From a virus (taxonomy: Duplodnaviria > Caudoviricetes), in the IMG/VR virus record IMGVR_UViG_3300020043_003632, positions 1 through 25,275 of that record: DNA of 25,275 nucleotides, one strand, 5' to 3'. A program made the translations under genes and the position numbers. The notes beneath the pieces are model-generated. The model was not told where the DNA came from and ran no database searches. It worked only from the letters and a program-made list of their open reading frames with translations. The stretch's first letter is position 1. Each line of letters opens with the position of its first letter. This document shows, one piece after another, positions 1 through 9,182 of this stretch.

Positions 1-480
1 TTAACCGAAGAGGGTAACATACCCGTGCCAATGGGTGAGTACATTCTTGAAGAGGGCTTAAAAATTAAGGTAGATGAACAAGGCGTTATCGTTGAAGTTG
101 AAACCGAAGGTGCCGAAGAAATCGAAGAAGTTGAAGCCAAAGATATGGTGGAAAAAGAAGAAGAGGATATGATGGGCAAAGATAAAATGGAGGCTAAAAT
201 GCCAAAGAAAATTATCAAAACCAAAACCGAAATGGAAGAGTCGTATTTTAACAAATTTGATGCCCGTTTAAGTGCAATCGAAAGAACCAACGAAGATTTA
301 AAAGCCGTTAATGTTCAACTTTCCGCCGAGAACGAAGAACTTAAACGCCAATTAAACGAAACCCCCGCCGAGCATACCAAATTCAATCCCGATGCGGAAG
401 TAAAAAGAGATTTCCAATTCAAAATTGGTGCAAAGCGCAACGAGACCATTCAAGACCGAGTATTCAATTCATTATTTTAA
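1..480 (+). CDS. Capsid scaffolding protein (or protease/scaffold C-terminus), 5'-truncated
   Basis: Frame is open from base 1 (LTEEGNIPVPMGEY...). Very acidic, coiled-coil-like, with a short C-terminal helix, directly upstream of the capsid gene. Confidence 0.65.
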   Translation, partial: LTEEGNIPVPMGEYILEEGLKIKVDEQGVIVEVETEGAEEIEEVEAKDMVEKEEEDMMGKDKMEAKMPKKIIKTKTEMEESYFNKFDARLSAIERTNEDLKAVNVQLSAENEELKRQLNETPAEHTKFNPDAEVKRDFQFKIGAKRNETIQDRVFNSLF

Positions 481-493
481 AAAACCTACAAAA

Positions 494-1429
494 ATGTATA
501 ATCGTAAAATCAACCTATCTGGACCAACTATTTCCCCAAATACATATGCGGGTAATTTTGGCAACAAGTACATCGCAGCCGCTTTGCTTTCAGGCGAAAC
601 TTTGGCGAAAGACCTTATCACCGTTCACCCGAATGTTGCTTTTAAGCAAGTAATTCGTAACTGGCAGAATTCAATCGTTGTTGCCGATGCAACTTGCGAT
701 TTTACCGATGGCAGTTCAGTGACTTTGGGCGAATACGTTTTGACCACCACCGAGAAGCAAGTTAACTTGCAGTTATGCAAAAACAATTTGCGTACAACTT
801 GGGAAGCGGCACAAGCGGGATTCTCTGCTTACGAAAAATTACCCGCATCATTTGAAGAGTTCTTGTTGGCTCAAGTAGCCGCTGAGGTTTCTCAATCAAT
901 CGAATTAGGTATATGGAAATCAAACCTTTTCTATGATTCAGCGGTAACTGCTGGGCAAGATGGTATGTTCGGTTTCCTTGCTGATAATTCAGCGATTTCA
1001 GTAACTGGGACTGGTGCAACTGACCAAACAAACGTCGTTGCTCGTTTACAAGCGATGTTGGCGGCTTCCCCCGCTGCATTGTATGGCAAAGAAGGTTTTG
1101 CTTACTACGTTGGACCATCAACTATGAAGGCTTACCAAGCAGCGTTGGCCGTTGGTAACTTCAACTTCCAATTCTTTGTTGGTGAGAAACCAATGAACTT
1201 TAACGGTATCCCCGTTCATATGTGTCCAGGTCTTAACGACTTCGATTGTGTGTTAGGTTTGAAATCTGACCTTCATTTTGGAACGGGCTTATTGAGCGAC
1301 ACCAACGAAGTTAAGTTGATAGATATGTCGGACATCGACGGTTCTCAGAATGTTAGAGTAATTCTGCGTTTTACTGGCGGTATCTTGGCTACCAACCCGA
1401 CTCAACAAGTAATTCTTAATATTGCTTAA
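494..1429 (+). CDS. Major capsid protein
   Basis: 311 aa from ATG 494 after an A-rich leader. TYAG...YIAAALLSG N-terminus and DMSDIDGSQNVRV C-terminus resemble Bacteroidota phage capsids. Lies between scaffold and a terminator. Confidence 0.8.
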   Translation: MYNRKINLSGPTISPNTYAGNFGNKYIAAALLSGETLAKDLITVHPNVAFKQVIRNWQNSIVVADATCDFTDGSSVTLGEYVLTTTEKQVNLQLCKNNLRTTWEAAQAGFSAYEKLPASFEEFLLAQVAAEVSQSIELGIWKSNLFYDSAVTAGQDGMFGFLADNSAISVTGTGATDQTNVVARLQAMLAASPAALYGKEGFAYYVGPSTMKAYQAALAVGNFNFQFFVGEKPMNFNGIPVHMCPGLNDFDCVLGLKSDLHFGTGLLSDTNEVKLIDMSDIDGSQNVRVILRFTGGILATNPTQQVILNIA

Positions 1430-1457
1430 TTAGTCTTTATAGATAAATTTAACAAGG

Positions 1458-1483
1458 GGGAGGGGATTGCCCCTCCCTTTTTT
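1458..1483 (+). terminator. Rho-independent terminator after major capsid gene
   Basis: GGGAGGGG-attg-CCCCTCCC stem followed by T6. Confidence 0.85.
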
Positions 1484-1496
1484 ATAAAACAAAAAT

Positions 1497-2063
1497 ATGG
1501 CTTGTAATACATTAGCAAATAGATATGAACCTTGCAAGGAATTTGCGGGAGGTTTAAGAGGCGTGTTTTTAGTACCTTATGCATTTGGTGACGTAGTGTC
1601 AAAGGATGCAAGTGGACTTGTAACATCTATCAATAACGGGGCAACACCTACGCCCGTAAAAAGCACGGCTTACTTTTTCGAATTGAAAGGGTTAAGCACC
1701 TTAGAAATTAGCGGAGCAACGTCAAGAGATAACGGCACAACTGCCTACACTCAGACATTGACTTTGTCATTAAAGCCAAGCGGAAGCACACCAAACCAAG
1801 CGGATAGCGATGCCGAATTATTCGACACGTTGACTAAAGGGCGTTGGAGGGTAATTACTTGGGATAGAAACAACGTGTTCACTCTATTGGGTGCCGTTGA
1901 AGGTATGGATGCCACCACCGACGTAGAGGCGTGGGGTACGCAAATGGGCGATGCTCGTTTGAATACCGTTACGTTAATCGGTATGGAAACTTTACCAAAA
2001 GTAATTGTTGATGCTGAAAGTTATGCCGATATGTCAACGGTTGTAACTATTTCCGCTTCCTAA
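1497..2063 (+). CDS. Virion structural protein, probable major tail (tube) protein
   Basis: 188 aa, beta-rich, Thr/Ser/Gly-rich (SRDNGTTAYTQTLTLSL). Size and position after the capsid gene fit a tail tube protein. Confidence 0.55.
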   Translation: MACNTLANRYEPCKEFAGGLRGVFLVPYAFGDVVSKDASGLVTSINNGATPTPVKSTAYFFELKGLSTLEISGATSRDNGTTAYTQTLTLSLKPSGSTPNQADSDAELFDTLTKGRWRVITWDRNNVFTLLGAVEGMDATTDVEAWGTQMGDARLNTVTLIGMETLPKVIVDAESYADMSTVVTISAS

Positions 2064-2085
2064 TATCGTTCGTTTTCCATTCATT

Positions 2086-2109
2086 AAGGGGGCTTTATGC
2101 CCCTTTTTT
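2086..2109 (+). terminator. Rho-independent terminator
   Basis: AAGGGGGC-tttat-GCCCCTTTTTT. Confidence 0.8.
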
Positions 2110-2119
2110 GATATATAGC

Positions 2120-2147
2120 AAACGAAGTTCTTGATTTGCGTTATTTA
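2120..2147 (+). promoter_or_regulatory. Putative phage late promoter, copy 1 (AAAC-N15-CGTTATTTA)
   Basis: Same motif and spacing at 5607 and 21650. Lies just after a terminator, with ATG 4 nt downstream. Confidence 0.7.
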
Positions 2148-2151
2148 AATA

Positions 2152-2499
2152 ATGGTTATCACATCGGCATCGACCGCCATATCGTTTTTCCCCTTTGTCA
2201 CGTTTGATGACGTGACCACGGCAACGATTCAGGTGTGGCACAAAAACACAAAAACAAAGGTCACGGCTACCAATGCAGTAACTAAGGTAGGTTCAAAAGT
2301 TACTATTAATTTACCATCGCTTACGGCTATTTCAAACGTGGCCGAAGATTTGGACACTTTGTTAATTCGTGTATATTTAGGCAATGTTTTAAAGTGGGAA
2401 TACGTTGCGACATTCAGTAACGAAAGCACCAATATAAATAGGTCATTTAAAGAATGGGAAGAGGTTGCAGTAGTAACCCCACAATGGATACAAATATGA
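2152..2499 (+). CDS. Hypothetical virion protein
   Basis: 115 aa, beta-rich. Stop overlaps portal start (ATGA). Confidence 0.6.
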   Translation: MVITSASTAISFFPFVTFDDVTTATIQVWHKNTKTKVTATNAVTKVGSKVTINLPSLTAISNVAEDLDTLLIRVYLGNVLKWEYVATFSNESTNINRSFKEWEEVAVVTPQWIQI

Positions 2500-4589
2500 G
2501 CATTAAATTAATACAATTGGCGAGTTACACTACACCCGCCGTTATAGAGCAAAAGAATAAGGAATGGGTTGAATACGGCGAGGATAACAATTACTACCAA
2601 TATTTAATCGACCTATATTACGGAAGCCCGACCAACAATTCGGCCATTAAAGGTATCTCAGATATGATATACGGCGAAGGCTTGGAGGTGGTGAAAGCAG
2701 ACCGACATTTGGCGGGTTACTTGGATTTGAAAAAGGTTTTCCAAGATGATACTTTGCGCAATTGCGCTATGGATTTAAAAATGTTGGGGCAGTATGCTTT
2801 GCACTTGGTTAAATCTAAAGACCGCAAAAAGTATGTAGCCGCCCACCATTGGCCAATCCAAACTTTACGCCCCGAAAGATGCGATGAAAATGGGGAAATA
2901 AGAGGTTATTATTTTGCACCTGATTGGTCAAAATTAAAGAGAGGCCAAAAACCAAAGCGATTTGATTCATTCGGATTTGATGAAAGCGCAACCGAATGTA
3001 TTTTGGTGTGCAAACCTTACTCCACTGGTAACTATTATTTTTCACCCGTAGACTACCAAGGCGGTACGCAATACGCTAACCTTGAAATTGAGATTGCCAA
3101 TTATCATATTAATAACATTATGAACGGCCTTGCCCCATCGATGTTAATTAACTTTAACAACGGGCAACCACCCGCCGAAGTTAAAGATATGATAGAGGCC
3201 CAAATTCAAAACAAATTCAGCGGTTCGAGCAATGCGGGTAAATTTATTCTTTCGTTCAATGATAACGTAGAATCCAAGGCGGATATCACACCCGTTCAGT
3301 TGTCAGATGCCCACAACCAATACCAATTTTTAAGTACGGAATCAAGCACCAAAATAATGGTGGCCCACCGAATTACATCCCCAATGCTTTTAGGGATTAA
3401 AGATAATTCAGGATTTGGGAATAATGCCGAGGAACTTAAGACCGCATCCATATTTTTTGATAACACGGTTATTCGACCTTTCCAACGCCTTTTATTAAAC
3501 GGAGTTCAGAAGGTTATGAATTACAATGGTTACAACTTGGACATTTATTTCAAGACTTTGCAGCCTTTGGAGTTTACCGATTTATCTGGTAAGGTAATGG
3601 ATGCCGAAACGAAAGAAAAGGAATACGGCTTTGCAAAAACCGAGATGGCAGAATCATTTACCGACTATCCCGAAAGTGCCTCAAACAACGCAAAAAGGGC
3701 GTTAAAATGGGTAATGGATAACGGGTGGGGGGATTGCGGCACAAATGTAGGCAAGGCAAGGGCGCACCAATTAGCAAACAAGGAACCCATATCCGAGGAA
3801 ACCGTTAAGCGAATGGCATCATTTCGTCGGCACCAACAACATAAAGACGTACCATATACAAAAGGTTGCGGTGGATTAATGTGGGATGCTTGGGGTGGTG
3901 AAAGCGGAATAAGTTGGGCCGAGAATAAAGTTAAGCAATTAAATTTAAGTGCTGATAAACCCGAATTTACCGCCGAAGCGGAGTCGGATTGGTTGCAATA
4001 TTTGGAAACTAAGGGCGAGGTAATCGGGGATGAGTACGAATTAATCGAAGAGGCAGTTGTAACCGATGCCGATAACGAGGGGGAATACAAGTTTTTTAAA
4101 CGCTTTGCAGAACCCGAGGAAAAAAGCAAGGATGATAAGGGCGTATATTTAATTCGTTATCGTTACGCACCAATGCAAACGGCGGGGAATAGCCGTCAGT
4201 TTTGTAAAGATATGGTCGCAAATGCCAAATTAGGCGTAGTGTATCGACGTGAGGATATTGATACGATGGGTGACCAAGGTATAAACGGGCAATTTGCCCC
4301 AAGTGGAACGTCGACTTATTCGATATGGAAATACAAAGGGGGCGTTAATTGTCATCATCAATGGTATCGTTTATCTTATATGAGAAAACGCAAAGGAAAC
4401 GGCGGAGCGTTTTTGCCGTTATCCCCTGAGGAAAAAGCCAAAGGCATAAAAGACATCCAAGACAATTACAAGCGTGTATCAAATCAAAGTGCGGATTCAG
4501 CGGGTGTACCTTTTGACCCACCAAGTTGGGATATCGCATCGACAAAAACCAAAGATTTACCAAACGGGGGTTCACTAAAAAATAAATAA
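2496..4589 (+). CDS. Portal protein with inserted domain and C-terminal MuF/minor-head-like extension
   Basis: Start set at ATG 2496 (ATGA overlap). The first ~380 aa carry portal-like motifs (YGEDNNY, NGLAPSMLI, GSSNAGK, AHRITSPMLLGI, IRPFQ). The C-terminus has SRQFC...YKGGVNCHHQW. Confidence 0.8.
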   Translation: MSIKLIQLASYTTPAVIEQKNKEWVEYGEDNNYYQYLIDLYYGSPTNNSAIKGISDMIYGEGLEVVKADRHLAGYLDLKKVFQDDTLRNCAMDLKMLGQYALHLVKSKDRKKYVAAHHWPIQTLRPERCDENGEIRGYYFAPDWSKLKRGQKPKRFDSFGFDESATECILVCKPYSTGNYYFSPVDYQGGTQYANLEIEIANYHINNIMNGLAPSMLINFNNGQPPAEVKDMIEAQIQNKFSGSSNAGKFILSFNDNVESKADITPVQLSDAHNQYQFLSTESSTKIMVAHRITSPMLLGIKDNSGFGNNAEELKTASIFFDNTVIRPFQRLLLNGVQKVMNYNGYNLDIYFKTLQPLEFTDLSGKVMDAETKEKEYGFAKTEMAESFTDYPESASNNAKRALKWVMDNGWGDCGTNVGKARAHQLANKEPISEETVKRMASFRRHQQHKDVPYTKGCGGLMWDAWGGESGISWAENKVKQLNLSADKPEFTAEAESDWLQYLETKGEVIGDEYELIEEAVVTDADNEGEYKFFKRFAEPEEKSKDDKGVYLIRYRYAPMQTAGNSRQFCKDMVANAKLGVVYRREDIDTMGDQGINGQFAPSGTSTYSIWKYKGGVNCHHQWYRLSYMRKRKGNGGAFLPLSPEEKAKGIKDIQDNYKRVSNQSADSAGVPFDPPSWDIASTKTKDLPNGGSLKNK

Positions 4590-4590
4590 G

Positions 4591-5103
4591 ATGTACGTTA
4601 ACGACAATGTCCTTTTAATAACTAAGGACCATTTATTCAAATACACCCAGTTGCAAGGCAACGTGGATATTGATAAGGTAACCCCATTTGTAAAGATTGC
4701 CCAAGATATTCAAGTTCAAGAAATCTTAGGCACAAAGTTGTATCGAAAGATTTTAACCGACGTTCAAAATAGCACCCTAACGGGCAACTATTTGTTATTA
4801 GTGAATGAGTATATCCAACCGATGTTGATTCATTACGCAATGTCGGATTTTATGCTATTTCACGGCTACGAAATCAGCAATGCGGGAATATTACGCAACA
4901 CACCCGAAGGAACAAGTTTACCCGCCAAAGAGGAATTGGATTCACTTGTAAAACGCCAAAGGGATATCGCTGAAACCTACCGAACTAAGGCGGTGGACTA
5001 TTTGAGTTATTACCCCCAACTTTTTCCCGAATACAACGCCGACCAAGAAAGCGGAATGTATCCAGACTCTAACCCCTCAAATTACGTTGGATGGAATCTA
5101 TAA
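4591..5103 (+). CDS. Putative head-tail adaptor/connector protein
   Basis: 170 aa, helical (IAQDIQVQEILGTKLY), directly after the portal. Confidence 0.55.
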   Translation: MYVNDNVLLITKDHLFKYTQLQGNVDIDKVTPFVKIAQDIQVQEILGTKLYRKILTDVQNSTLTGNYLLLVNEYIQPMLIHYAMSDFMLFHGYEISNAGILRNTPEGTSLPAKEELDSLVKRQRDIAETYRTKAVDYLSYYPQLFPEYNADQESGMYPDSNPSNYVGWNL

Positions 5104-5603
5104 AAAAACCATACAAGCCCAAGGCCGATAAGGTGGAAAAACTTAGCAAGGTTTACGCCGAGTTAAAAAAGGATGCGCCAAAAGTTAGCCCGTTGTTTAA
5201 GGGTGTGGCAAAGGTCTTATTTATGGCCGTTTTATTTTCGTCTTGTTCGGCTAATTACCATTTAAAACAAGCGATTAAAAAGAACCCCAATATCATAACC
5301 GAAAAAGTAATACGCCAAGTAGATACTTTGATAATTAGGGATAGCGTTAAAACCGAACATACATACGTTACCAAATCAATCGACACCCTTATAATTGATA
5401 ACGAGCATTTTAAAACTACGATTTACCGATACCACGATACCATTAAATTGGTTCAGGTGTTAAAAGCGGACACGGTTAAAATTACACAAAAGTATGTCGT
5501 GCCTGAGGTGGTTTACAAGCCGTGGTACGAAAAATATATGGGATTGTTGGGATTGGGCTTAATAATTTTAATTTTAGTCGGTTGGGTAACCAAAAAAATC
5601 TAA
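5091..5603 (+). CDS. Lipoprotein with C-terminal TM helix, putative unimolecular spanin (true start possibly GTG 5205)
   Basis: Hydrophobic stretch ending in lipobox-like LFSS-C, a beta-rich DT/DS-repeat middle, and C-terminal GLLGLGLIILILVGW-KK. Confidence 0.55.
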   Translation: MESIKKPYKPKADKVEKLSKVYAELKKDAPKVSPLFKGVAKVLFMAVLFSSCSANYHLKQAIKKNPNIITEKVIRQVDTLIIRDSVKTEHTYVTKSIDTLIIDNEHFKTTIYRYHDTIKLVQVLKADTVKITQKYVVPEVVYKPWYEKYMGLLGLGLIILILVGWVTKKI

Positions 5604-5606
5604 CCC

Positions 5607-5634
5607 AAACGATAACCCAAAATCACGTTATTTA
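5607..5634 (+). promoter_or_regulatory. Putative phage late promoter, copy 2
   Basis: AAAC(5607)-N15-CGTTATTTA(5626-5634), with ATG 3 nt downstream. Confidence 0.7.
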
Positions 5635-5637
5635 TAT

Positions 5638-6147
5638 ATGAACCCATCTAACGCTACACTTTCGAGGTCATCGCCAAAAGGCGGAAAGCGTGGATGCTTA
5701 TGCAAGGATGGCAATAGTTATAGCGTTAAGTGTTGCGATGGTACTTTACAAGCCCAAGGCATTGGTAATATTAGTGGCATAGCGGCCCCTATAATGATTC
5801 CTTATTATTGGGGGATTAGCAATACAACGGTAAACGCAAATCAAATTATTACATTGATTACCAGCGGCCAAGCAAACGTCGTGAATCAATACCCTAACGG
5901 CCAAATCGAATTGGCTTGGTTGGCGCAAGGGAAATTCTTGTGGTTTGCCTATCAATCAATTTACCCAAATAAAACGCGTTGGTTCAATACAATTTTAAAT
6001 CAAGGCCACATTGGAGGGGTTGGCGATTTATTTGGGCAGCCTACACAATTTGATTTAATTACACCAAATTATTCCCAAGTTTTTAAATTTTACGTTTCGC
6101 AATATGCCACCACTACGAGCGGCACAATGTTATTATTAGAGGAATGA
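5638..6147 (+). CDS. Hypothetical virion protein with Cys-rich N-terminal domain
   Basis: SPKGGKRGCLCKDG..SVKCCDG N-terminus followed by a beta-rich aromatic domain. Confidence 0.6.
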   Translation: MNPSNATLSRSSPKGGKRGCLCKDGNSYSVKCCDGTLQAQGIGNISGIAAPIMIPYYWGISNTTVNANQIITLITSGQANVVNQYPNGQIELAWLAQGKFLWFAYQSIYPNKTRWFNTILNQGHIGGVGDLFGQPTQFDLITPNYSQVFKFYVSQYATTTSGTMLLLEE

Positions 6148-6554
6148 GCCAAGTTTTAAACGTCAATTTTACCCCTGAATTAAACAAGCCACTGGATGAT
6201 AGGTACGGCGTGTATAATTCCGTAAATGCGGCCTTAATTGCTATACCACTTTATCGTAGATATTTAGGCTTGACCATAGGGGTGGGAACGCCCGTTCAAG
6301 AATATTGGTTCGAAGATGGTATAACCGATTCGGATTTAGTCACAAAATCGCTCGGAAGTTCTACCTTAGTAGGATTATCCGACGTTGACGTTACGAATTT
6401 ATTAGATGGAAATATTATTGTTTACAACGCCATTTTAGATAAATGGGTAAACCAAGAAGGCGGCACGGTACCGAGCGGAACCTTGGATATTGATGGCGGT
6501 ACTTTTTTAGAGCCAGGCGGCGGATTTTCATTTGATGGGGGAACTTTTAATTAA
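6144..6554 (+). CDS. Tail fibre-associated structural protein
   Basis: PLDDRY motif, LSDVDV...IVYN..KWVN fibre-type repeat, DGGTF repeats. Confidence 0.5.
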   Translation: MSQVLNVNFTPELNKPLDDRYGVYNSVNAALIAIPLYRRYLGLTIGVGTPVQEYWFEDGITDSDLVTKSLGSSTLVGLSDVDVTNLLDGNIIVYNAILDKWVNQEGGTVPSGTLDIDGGTFLEPGGGFSFDGGTFN

Positions 6555-6559
6555 GTATT

Positions 6560-7462
6560 ATGGCAATTAAATTAAGACGTGGACTTGAAGAGGAAAGGGT
6601 GACCATCTTGTTTGAACAAGGTGAAATCGTATACGTTACAAATACTAAAAAAGTATATATAGGGGATGGGTTGACCGTTGGAGGTAATTTGGTTACGGGC
6701 GAGGAATTATTATCAAAATTGGATGATGTCGTTTTAACATCCTTAGCCAATGGGAATTTATTAATTTACGATTCGACTTTACAAAAGTGGAAAAATATTG
6801 CACCAACCACAACCAACATTGCCGAAGGTACTAACCTTTATTTTACAGATACACGAGTATACACTAAGGTTAAAGCATCTCTTATCGCAGGTAGCAATAC
6901 ATCAATTACTTTCGATGATGCCTTACAAACGATTACAATAGCCTCTCAAGGCAATGTACAAAGCGTCAACACTAAAACAGGAGCGGTTGTACTTACGACT
7001 ACTGATATTGCAGAAGGCACAAACGAATACTTTACCGCTGCAAGAGTTAGAGCCGTACTTTTAACGGGTTTATCTTTGGTTACAAATGCCGTTATTTCTG
7101 CGACGGATTCGGTGCTTATTGCATTCGGCAAGTTACAGGCACAAATTACCGCTAACCTTACGACTTTAACAAGCCACGTTGCAGATTTAAATAATCCACA
7201 CGCAGTTACAAAGACCCAGGTAGGGTTAAGCAATGTTGCTAACGTAGACACCACAAACGCTTCGAATATCTCAAGTGGTACATTAGCTGACGCAAGGCTT
7301 ACATCTGCCGTTACGCTGCAAGGAAACACCTTTAACGGCGTTAATCAGTTGGTTAAATTAGACGCAAGTGCAAAACTACCTGCAATAGACGGAAGCAACC
7401 TTACAAATTTACCTATTTCACCTTCAACGGGTGGAGACTTATACCTATTTTATAACTACTAA
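6560..7462 (+). CDS. Tail fibre protein
   Basis: IKLRRG...GE..Y...K..IGDG N-terminus, two IAEGTNxYFT repeats, VQSVNTKTGAVVL and NPHAVTKTQVGLSNV fibre motifs. Confidence 0.7.
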   Translation: MAIKLRRGLEEERVTILFEQGEIVYVTNTKKVYIGDGLTVGGNLVTGEELLSKLDDVVLTSLANGNLLIYDSTLQKWKNIAPTTTNIAEGTNLYFTDTRVYTKVKASLIAGSNTSITFDDALQTITIASQGNVQSVNTKTGAVVLTTTDIAEGTNEYFTAARVRAVLLTGLSLVTNAVISATDSVLIAFGKLQAQITANLTTLTSHVADLNNPHAVTKTQVGLSNVANVDTTNASNISSGTLADARLTSAVTLQGNTFNGVNQLVKLDASAKLPAIDGSNLTNLPISPSTGGDLYLFYNY

Positions 7463-7863
7463 TGGCAAACACATCACCCATATTCGCACTTGTACCCGAA
7501 ACGAAGATAGTAACGGTTACGACTGCAACAACCGATAGAACGGGAGCGACTACTACTAACTTGGCAGAGTTACTAACCGCAGGAACTGACGGCACTAAAA
7601 TCACTCAAATAGGCGCAAAGGTTGCAGGTACAAATACGGCTTGTTTGGTGCTTATATTTATTACTGATACCGCAGGGGCAAATCCTAAATTGTACGATGA
7701 ATTAGCCTTGAACCCTATAACGGCATCGGCAACTGTTACATCTGAAAGAAGAGTAAATACATACTCTGACTTACAACTTAAAAGCGGACAAAAGGTTTTA
7801 GTAGGAACAACCGTAGCACAAGCCGCAGGGGTTAACATTTTTGCAATTAAGGGAGACTACTAA
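7462..7863 (+). CDS. Tail fibre-associated structural protein
   Basis: 133 aa, Thr/Ala-rich, translationally coupled (TAATG) on both sides. Confidence 0.55.
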   Translation: MANTSPIFALVPETKIVTVTTATTDRTGATTTNLAELLTAGTDGTKITQIGAKVAGTNTACLVLIFITDTAGANPKLYDELALNPITASATVTSERRVNTYSDLQLKSGQKVLVGTTVAQAAGVNIFAIKGDY

Positions 7864-8774
7864 TGGCAAATTTTGGTTTATTTCGTGGATTTAGCGAAAA
7901 ATTATTTCAAGGAGAATTGCCTACAAGTTTAGGAATTATTGGTTCTCAAACTGTTTTTGATTTTATTGGTTTATTAGACACTTATCCAAATTCTGAAGCT
8001 GCGTTTTCATTAAGAAAATTAAGAGAGGCGTATAGTGGAAATTGCATAGAAGTGCGTAATGATAGTAATGTTCATTTAAATATAGGCTTTGTAAATAATG
8101 AACTTGACACAGCATCATTACTTGCGCATTGTGGTAGTGGCAGTGGAAGAATTTCAAAATGGTATGATCAAAGTGGATTTGGAAGAGTATTAGCACAAGC
8201 AACAGTTGTAAATCAGCCTTTATTAGTTTCCAATGGTTCAATTATTACTTTAAATGGAAGACCTACTATTCAATTTAATGCAGACCAATTTTTAAGGACA
8301 ACAAGTTTTAATTTGGTAGATGTATCTATTTTTACAGTTTTAAATAAATATACTATTACAGCTTGGGGGGCTTATATGCGAAATGTAACAGCATCTGGTA
8401 GTTCTTTTGGCTTAGTATCAAGTTCAAACTCATCTTGGCAATCTCAAGCAGTACAGTTTATAAACGGTAGCGACGTGCAAATAAATACTTCTGCTCGCGC
8501 TAATACAAAGCCATTACCAACGGGTATCTATTTAGAAAATTGGATCAAGAGTGTTTTGAATACGAATTTGTTTGAGAACAATAATACAATTTCAATAACG
8601 TCTGGTTCTACAGGATGGGGAACCAATAATACTTTTACAATTGGTAGTATAAATTTTCAAGGAGACCCAAGCAATAATAAAGTTGACCTTTCAGAAATGG
8701 TAATTTATAACTCAAATCAAACATCAAATCGCAGCAATATCAATCAAAATATAATTGTGCATTATGGAATATAA
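7863..8774 (+). CDS. Putative receptor-binding protein with concanavalin A/LamG-like fold
   Basis: AAFSLRKL..AYSG, KWYDQSG, NQP and SEMVIYN motifs. Asn/Ser-rich and in an AT-rich stretch. Confidence 0.6.
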   Translation: MANFGLFRGFSEKLFQGELPTSLGIIGSQTVFDFIGLLDTYPNSEAAFSLRKLREAYSGNCIEVRNDSNVHLNIGFVNNELDTASLLAHCGSGSGRISKWYDQSGFGRVLAQATVVNQPLLVSNGSIITLNGRPTIQFNADQFLRTTSFNLVDVSIFTVLNKYTITAWGAYMRNVTASGSSFGLVSSSNSSWQSQAVQFINGSDVQINTSARANTKPLPTGIYLENWIKSVLNTNLFENNNTISITSGSTGWGTNNTFTIGSINFQGDPSNNKVDLSEMVIYNSNQTSNRSNINQNIIVHYGI

Positions 8775-8991
8775 ATTAGGATATATTTATCAAACCGAAA
8801 CCCAAGCAATTGCAGCACGTCAAAAGGCTGCAGATTATATGGGATTGCCTATGCACCCAAATGATACGACTATTTATTGGGTAGACTACAACTACTCGCA
8901 ACTTGATCAATTTTGGTACATTTCACATGTTGACGGTTTAGAGTTAGTATTTGGTCAACCTACTGAATTTCAAATTTCTTTTAAGAAATGA
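8764..8991 (+). CDS. Hypothetical protein (possible fibre chaperone)
   Basis: 75 aa from ATG 8764, overlapping both neighbours. Confidence 0.5.
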   Translation: MEYKLGYIYQTETQAIAARQKAADYMGLPMHPNDTTIYWVDYNYSQLDQFWYISHVDGLELVFGQPTEFQISFKK

Positions 8992-9182
8992 AACTAACTG
9001 ATACAACCGCTAACGCATTAGCCACTACCTCATTTGTTAGTTGGCTATCGGCTATATCCACGTTATGGAATCCAATTATCTCAATGATAGGCGGTTTGAT
9101 TGCAATTATTACGGGCTTGGTGGGCTTAAGGTACTACATTAAAAAATTAAACAATGAAGGAAATAAAACAACGGATATTTGA
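8988..9182 (+). CDS. Small membrane protein, holin/antiholin-like
   Basis: 64 aa with hydrophobic helix IISMIGGLIAIITGLVGL followed by a basic tail, in the lysis cluster. Confidence 0.55.
   Translation: MKLTDTTANALATTSFVSWLSAISTLWNPIISMIGGLIAIITGLVGLRYYIKKLNNEGNKTTDI

Noticed and set aside
425-493. N-terminal extension of the capsid ORF
   Set aside because: It overlaps the scaffold gene. ATG 494 has the typical A-rich context.
3665-4129. 154-aa minus-strand ORF, and the other short minus-strand ORFs
   Set aside because: These are shadow ORFs opposite well-supported genes. The + strand is already densely tiled.
6806-7036. Repeat pair in the tail fibre as a possible DGR template/variable repeat
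   Set aside because: Short protein-level repeats (IAEGTNxYFT) whose differences are not adenine-specific. No reverse transcriptase is present in the window.
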